A DNA stretch of 64,000 nucleotides, taken from contig JAUQPB010000001.1 of NCBI GenBank assembly GCA_030550585.1, positions 160,001 through 224,000 of the forward strand, in the 5' to 3' direction. This DNA is from Thermoproteota archaeon (lineage in GTDB: Archaea > Thermoproteota > Thermoprotei_A > Sulfolobales > Ignisphaeraceae). Under the pieces are notes generated by a model. The model had not been told where the DNA came from. It did no database searches and was given only the letters and a program-made list of their open reading frames with translations. Within the stretch, counting starts at the first letter, position 1. Each line of letters begins with the position of its first letter. The translations under genes were made by a program, and so were the position numbers. Positions 60,758 through 64,000 of the stretch are shown here, piece after piece.

Positions 60758-62728
60758 TCAAATATCTTTATACCAATCTTCAGGAAGCCCAAGCTGAGTT
60801 GCTATCATTTTTGTTGCTCTTAAGACCCATTCTCTAATTGTATCGTCTCTGTTACTTGCAAACTTTTTGTTCCATTCCTCTACATTAAGTTCTGTAGCAA
60901 GAGTTGCAATTACATCCTTTGCTCTCTCGCTTTCAACAACCCTTGGCTTTGCATTTGCCTTTATAGCATACATGGCTATTCTTTGATATAGTGTCTTGCT
61001 ATACTGGTCTAGATCTATCTTCACGCCTAATAACTCGTACAGTTTTGGCAATATCTTTTCGGCCCATCCCCTGTGGAATCTACAAAGTCCTGCATTTGAG
61101 ATTTCTAGTTCTTTAACGGCCCTTGTAGCAGCTACTTTGGCAAATTCTTCAGGTTCTGTAAATGTTGATGTATAGTTTGTCCAATACTTTCCTGTTACAG
61201 CTAATGGCAAGAGGAAGCCAGGTGTCCAGTAATAGTTTGGTGTCATGTACCCATCTTCGCCATATGGTTGATAGACTACGAGATCCTCGAATCTAAGCCC
61301 AGTTCTCTTCACCCTATCACTAAACATCATATCTAGTTGTTTGCATGCAAATCTAACACCTTTTGCTACGATCTTCAAAACGTCTGTTGAACCCTCTACC
61401 AACCCTTTCAAAATCTTTTCAGCTAGATACGCATTTACAGCCCATTCATCGATGTTCATAAGCATTGGATCCATATTAGGCTTTCTATCAAGTCCTACTT
61501 CCTCTGGCTTCAAAAGACCTTTGTAGACAGCTTCTAATAGCCATGCGACCACATGTCCTATGCCAATGGCGTCAAAGCCTAGCTGGTCTGCCAAGTCAAC
61601 TAAATTCCTTGTTAACTCAATCTTAAATACTCCTATGGATGGCCCTAGAGCGTTTGTTGGCTCATAGTCTAGTTTCTTCCCTCTCCATATCTTCTTGCAT
61701 GAGGCTGGGCATGGTTCTCCGCATGTGGCCCAAGTCTTTGCCATGTCAAAGGACTCTGTCTTCACTGGTTTCCAGAAATTTTCGAGGATAAGGTCAACAA
61801 GCTTCTTTCTCACAGACTTGTGAAGGTAAATGCTGTTAAAGTTGAATAGAGGCAACAACTCTCTATAGTGCGGATAGTTAACGCCAAATGTTCCTCCCGC
61901 ACCTATGCTCGGGTCGTATCGATATTTGACTGTGGCCTCATTAACAGCTTGTATAAAATCTTTTGCTAGCAGTGTCTTCATCGTTGAATAGAGTTCGGTA
62001 ACTTCTGTCAGTTGCTTAGGTAATTGTGGTTTATAGGATCCTCCAGCAACAATAGCCACAACATTGTGTGCTTGTGCTAAAACTGATCCTCCTCCACCTC
62101 TGGCGGCAAATTCCTCAGCACCATCGACAAATCTCTTTTTAACAAAGTCTACATCAATTGAGACTAGAGCTCCATAGACAGTTTTGAAGGCTGCTGGCCC
62201 AACAACTATTGGTCTTGCCTTCATAGATGATATTTCATTCCAAAAAGTGTCTATAAGATATTTCTCTAGGGCATAGGCGCCTATATAGCCGTCATACCCC
62301 TTGTATATCTCTTCCAATTTACTCAATGGAATTTTCCTTATGGCTACCTCTGCAACTCCTTTTTCATCTCCTTTAACAAATATTATAGCAGGTTCATCAC
62401 TTTTACCCTCAACAGATATTGCATTAACACCACATCCAATGAATCTATAGCCGGCACCACCCATTTCAGATACATGTATCGTTTTGCTTTCAGGACTCCT
62501 AAATACAGCAACAATTCTATGAGTGCCAAATAGCTTGCTTCCAGCAAATGGACCTGTGCCTATGACTACAGCATTACTTGGATCGAAAACGTCTTTGCTC
62601 CATGTAGCCAGTTCTTCATGGATTTTTATGCCAACATCTATTGGACCTAGAACCTCTCCGAGCCTATATTCATGTATGGACCACTTGCCACTTGACACAT
62701 CTATTCTCAGCACTCTGTAACTGGACAT
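60758..62728 (-). CDS. gor: Glyceraldehyde-3-phosphate:ferredoxin oxidoreductase (tungsten AOR family, GAPOR)
   Basis: SEMGGAG, AARGGGGSVL, GGTFGVNY, TCGEPCPASCKK, DYEP, GFDAI, MTPNYYW.PG, CRFHRGW. Confidence 0.9.
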   Translation of the reverse strand: MSSYRVLRIDVSSGKWSIHEYRLGEVLGPIDVGIKIHEELATWSKDVFDPSNAVVIGTGPFAGSKLFGTHRIVAVFRSPESKTIHVSEMGGAGYRFIGCGVNAISVEGKSDEPAIIFVKGDEKGVAEVAIRKIPLSKLEEIYKGYDGYIGAYALEKYLIDTFWNEISSMKARPIVVGPAAFKTVYGALVSIDVDFVKKRFVDGAEEFAARGGGGSVLAQAHNVVAIVAGGSYKPQLPKQLTEVTELYSTMKTLLAKDFIQAVNEATVKYRYDPSIGAGGTFGVNYPHYRELLPLFNFNSIYLHKSVRKKLVDLILENFWKPVKTESFDMAKTWATCGEPCPASCKKIWRGKKLDYEPTNALGPSIGVFKIELTRNLVDLADQLGFDAIGIGHVVAWLLEAVYKGLLKPEEVGLDRKPNMDPMLMNIDEWAVNAYLAEKILKGLVEGSTDVLKIVAKGVRFACKQLDMMFSDRVKRTGLRFEDLVVYQPYGEDGYMTPNYYWTPGFLLPLAVTGKYWTNYTSTFTEPEEFAKVAATRAVKELEISNAGLCRFHRGWAEKILPKLYELLGVKIDLDQYSKTLYQRIAMYAIKANAKPRVVESERAKDVIATLATELNVEEWNKKFASNRDDTIREWVLRATKMIATQLGLPEDWYKDI

Positions 62729-62920
62729 TGTTTCACACCAAATTTCTATGATAGCCTTCTGCTGAGCCTAGGTTAAATTGTTTTAAGCTAGTACCATATT
62801 ATCTAGTTATAATGAGTTTGATGATATATCTCAGTAATATTTTATTTGCTGACAATGATTTGTTTAACATATTTTATCTTCTCAGCCAAATTCGTATATG
62901 CCTAATCACAAGGAGATGCC

Positions 62921-63184
62921 ATGTTGAAAATAAAAGATGCTATTAACAAAATCTTGTGGAGCGAGAAAGACATTGAGAGGTACTATATCGTCATAGTTGA
63001 TAGAGCTGAGGTTTCAGGAACCAAGAAAATACCTTTATCCAGGGTTGCAAGAGTGGACAATAACTACATCTATGTTGCAGATGCTCTAGGAGAAGAACAT
63101 CCAATACCACTTCACAGAGTTATTAAGATCATCAAAGATGATGAAATTGTTTTTGAAAGGAATACTAGGAAGCCGAAGAGCTAA
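62921..63184 (+). CDS. DUF504-family protein
   Basis: IKDAINKILW, DR, IPLHRVIKI......FER. Confidence 0.85.
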   Translation: MLKIKDAINKILWSEKDIERYYIVIVDRAEVSGTKKIPLSRVARVDNNYIYVADALGEEHPIPLHRVIKIIKDDEIVFERNTRKPKS

Positions 63185-63237
63185 CTCTAAGATTTTTAAG
63201 ATTCTGCAACACATTTTGAGTGTGTGGCTGTGCTTGT

Positions 63238-64000
63238 ATGGAGCTAATTAGCGACAATATTAGAAAAAGTACAAAAGCAACAACTTTTGAGGTTATCGAC
63301 AGGTTCTTGCCAAGCGATTTAGCAGGATTTATAATCACCCAGAACATTCTTGGTGATGGCGATGAAACAACATTAGCGTTAGCAACAAAAATTGTATCAG
63401 CTTTGTATAGAGGTGTGCAAAAAAAGCTAATAGTGTTTAGAGATAGAGAGAACTACCAGCGGGCTCTAAGGTCCATAGCAGTAAATTTCAAGCAACTGGT
63501 TCTACATATAGTATCAGAGATGAAGTTACTAGATTTGGATTTAGTGCTGATATCGATTGTAATCGACGATGATATATCAGCCCTATCAGTCATATACAAG
63601 CAGAGTCTTGCAAGCGATGTATTTGATTACATAAAGCAAAATCAAAACAATGTGGCTGTGATTATATCAAACAAAAACGTTGATGTTGATGTAATACTAA
63701 ATAAGAGCCTCGGCTTCCTTAACAAACATGGGAAAAAGTATTATAGAGAGATTGCGAAGCACATTCAATTCAGTAACATATACACAATCATATTAGCTCT
63801 CGATACAGACAACGTTATAAAGATTAAACTTAGAGAAGATTATGGAAAAGAATCATCACTAACCATACCAATCAACATACCAACATGGAGTGTCAACGAC
63901 TTACCAGAGAGGATTAGAGAAGATCTTCGTACACTCATCATAGATCCGATAATTGCTCATGCCAATTATGCTCCACGCGGAATTATAATAGTTGGTCCCC
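63238..64000 (+). CDS. AAA ATPase (5' part; runs off window end)
   Basis: Open frame from ATG 63238 to the window end, finishing ...DLRTLIIDPI...APRGIIIVGP at the start of a Walker A motif. Confidence 0.75.
   Translation, partial: MELISDNIRKSTKATTFEVIDRFLPSDLAGFIITQNILGDGDETTLALATKIVSALYRGVQKKLIVFRDRENYQRALRSIAVNFKQLVLHIVSEMKLLDLDLVLISIVIDDDISALSVIYKQSLASDVFDYIKQNQNNVAVIISNKNVDVDVILNKSLGFLNKHGKKYYREIAKHIQFSNIYTIILALDTDNVIKIKLREDYGKESSLTIPINIPTWSVNDLPERIREDLRTLIIDPIIAHANYAPRGIIIVGP

Overview
AT-rich, gene-dense chromosomal core region of a hyperthermophilic crenarchaeon, most likely Desulfurococcales (Ignisphaera-like). The assignment rests on Cren7, CdvA/B/C, eL38, GAPOR and a tRNA-Lys with a 45/46 intron. 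Housekeeping blocks: valS; a biotin-dependent carboxyltransferase and BCCP; two GH57 enzymes with an NDP-sugar pyrophosphorylase; deoxyhypusine synthase; PGI/PMI; cdvABC; RqcH/NEMF; SmAP-MAT-DUF460-Rio2; class II HMG-CoA reductase; EF-2/XPF; the proteasome-exosome superoperon; orc1/cdc6-rfcLS-gins23-mcm; the CCA enzyme; Cren7; GAPOR. There are three tRNA genes, two with introns. The only accessory DNA is a small islet at about 14.4-16.0 kb with a HEPN-MNT pair and a frameshifted tnpB remnant that keeps its 3' omega-RNA-like end. No CRISPR array, rRNA or provirus was seen. Features the ORF track misses: four box C/D-type sRNAs, one with its D box overlapping the rio2 ribosome-binding site; three conserved genes (valS, gins23, rio2) whose best-placed starts are near-cognate codons (ATA, ATC, ACG); a stand-alone 19-aa Lys/Glu micropeptide gene with full expression signals; a 54-aa 4-Cys protein; two paralogous JAB/MPN+ proteins; and a divergent Cren7. 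All calls come from reading motifs by eye, and no database searches were run.
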